The notes beneath the pieces are model-generated. The model saw nothing but the letters and a program-made list of their open reading frames with translations, was not told where the DNA came from and ran no database searches. The translations under genes were made by a program, and so were the position numbers. Of a stretch of 64,000 bases of DNA, positions 1-64,000 are shown one piece after another. The stretch's first letter is position 1. Each line of letters starts with the position of its first letter. This stretch comes from Octopus vulgaris (taxonomy: Eukaryota): the NCBI GenBank assembly GCA_951406725.2, contig OX597815.1:117118001-117182000 (forward strand), given 5' to 3'.

Positions 1-142
1 TTGGATAACACTGGTGGCGTGGAGAGGGGAAGCTGGTACGCATGGGCGACTGCTGGTCTTCCATAAACAACCTTGCCTGGACTTGTGCCTTGGAGGGTAA
101 CTTTCTAGGTGCAATCCCATGGTCTGTGCCGTGATTGAGGGG

Positions 143-180
<38 letters not shown>

Positions 181-479
181 CCACCCATGCCAGCATGGAA
201 GGCAGATGTTAAATGATGATGGTATACATACATACATACATACATACATATATGCATTCATATATATACAATAAAATAAGTACCAGCTGAGCTCTGGGGT
301 CGATGTAATTGACTTGCTCCATCTCCTGAAACTGCTGGCCTTTGTGCTACAATTTGAAACAAATATTGATGTTTATCTAGCTTATGCGATATTAAATTAA
401 AATATGCATATGGAGAACATTGCAGTGTTTTTTATTTCTTCTCTTTTTTTTTTACTTTGAAATGTATTTATTTTTTCAG

Positions 480-63777
<63,298 letters not shown>

Positions 63778-64000
63778 GTGAGTTTTTATCTTTGCCTTTC
63801 AAATTTATTCAAAAATTTTTTAGTTTCTTTTTAAAATATTAATGAAATGGTAGTTTTTAGAACTGAATAGATAGATATCTTAATTAATATAATTTAATAC
63901 TGCTACAAGATAATGAGTTTCCATAATGTTAATAGTATTGTTGAACATCAGTTTCTGTTCACAAGTCAACATATTCTTTTATTTATTTTAGTCAAATAAA

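Overview
AT-rich, intron-rich animal genomic DNA. The repeat families and the 5S sequence point to a cephalopod, probably Octopus (inference). The whole window lies inside one plus-strand gene, a CEP290 (NPHP6) orthologue. I read 24 internal GT-AG exons between 480 and 63777 that splice with consistent phases into an open 2928-nt (976-aa) coiled-coil segment; the start and stop codons are outside the window. The introns carry RTE LINE copies and their (GAT)n-tailed 3' ends, tRNA-derived SINEs, CR1, maT and Tigger relics, hAT/piggyBac/mariner MITEs, a non-autonomous Helitron, microsatellites and a lone 5S rRNA copy. The most notable unexplained signal is a set of five mutually unrelated intronic insertions that each carry a type I hammerhead-ribozyme motif of the Penelope-like-element (PLE) kind. 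Three of them are long head-to-head palindromes. One of these has a tRNA-type Pol III promoter at its centre and a 12-bp target-site duplication, which makes it a candidate PLE-mobilised, ribozyme-bearing SINE/retrozyme. All calls were made by eye; no database search or folding program was run.
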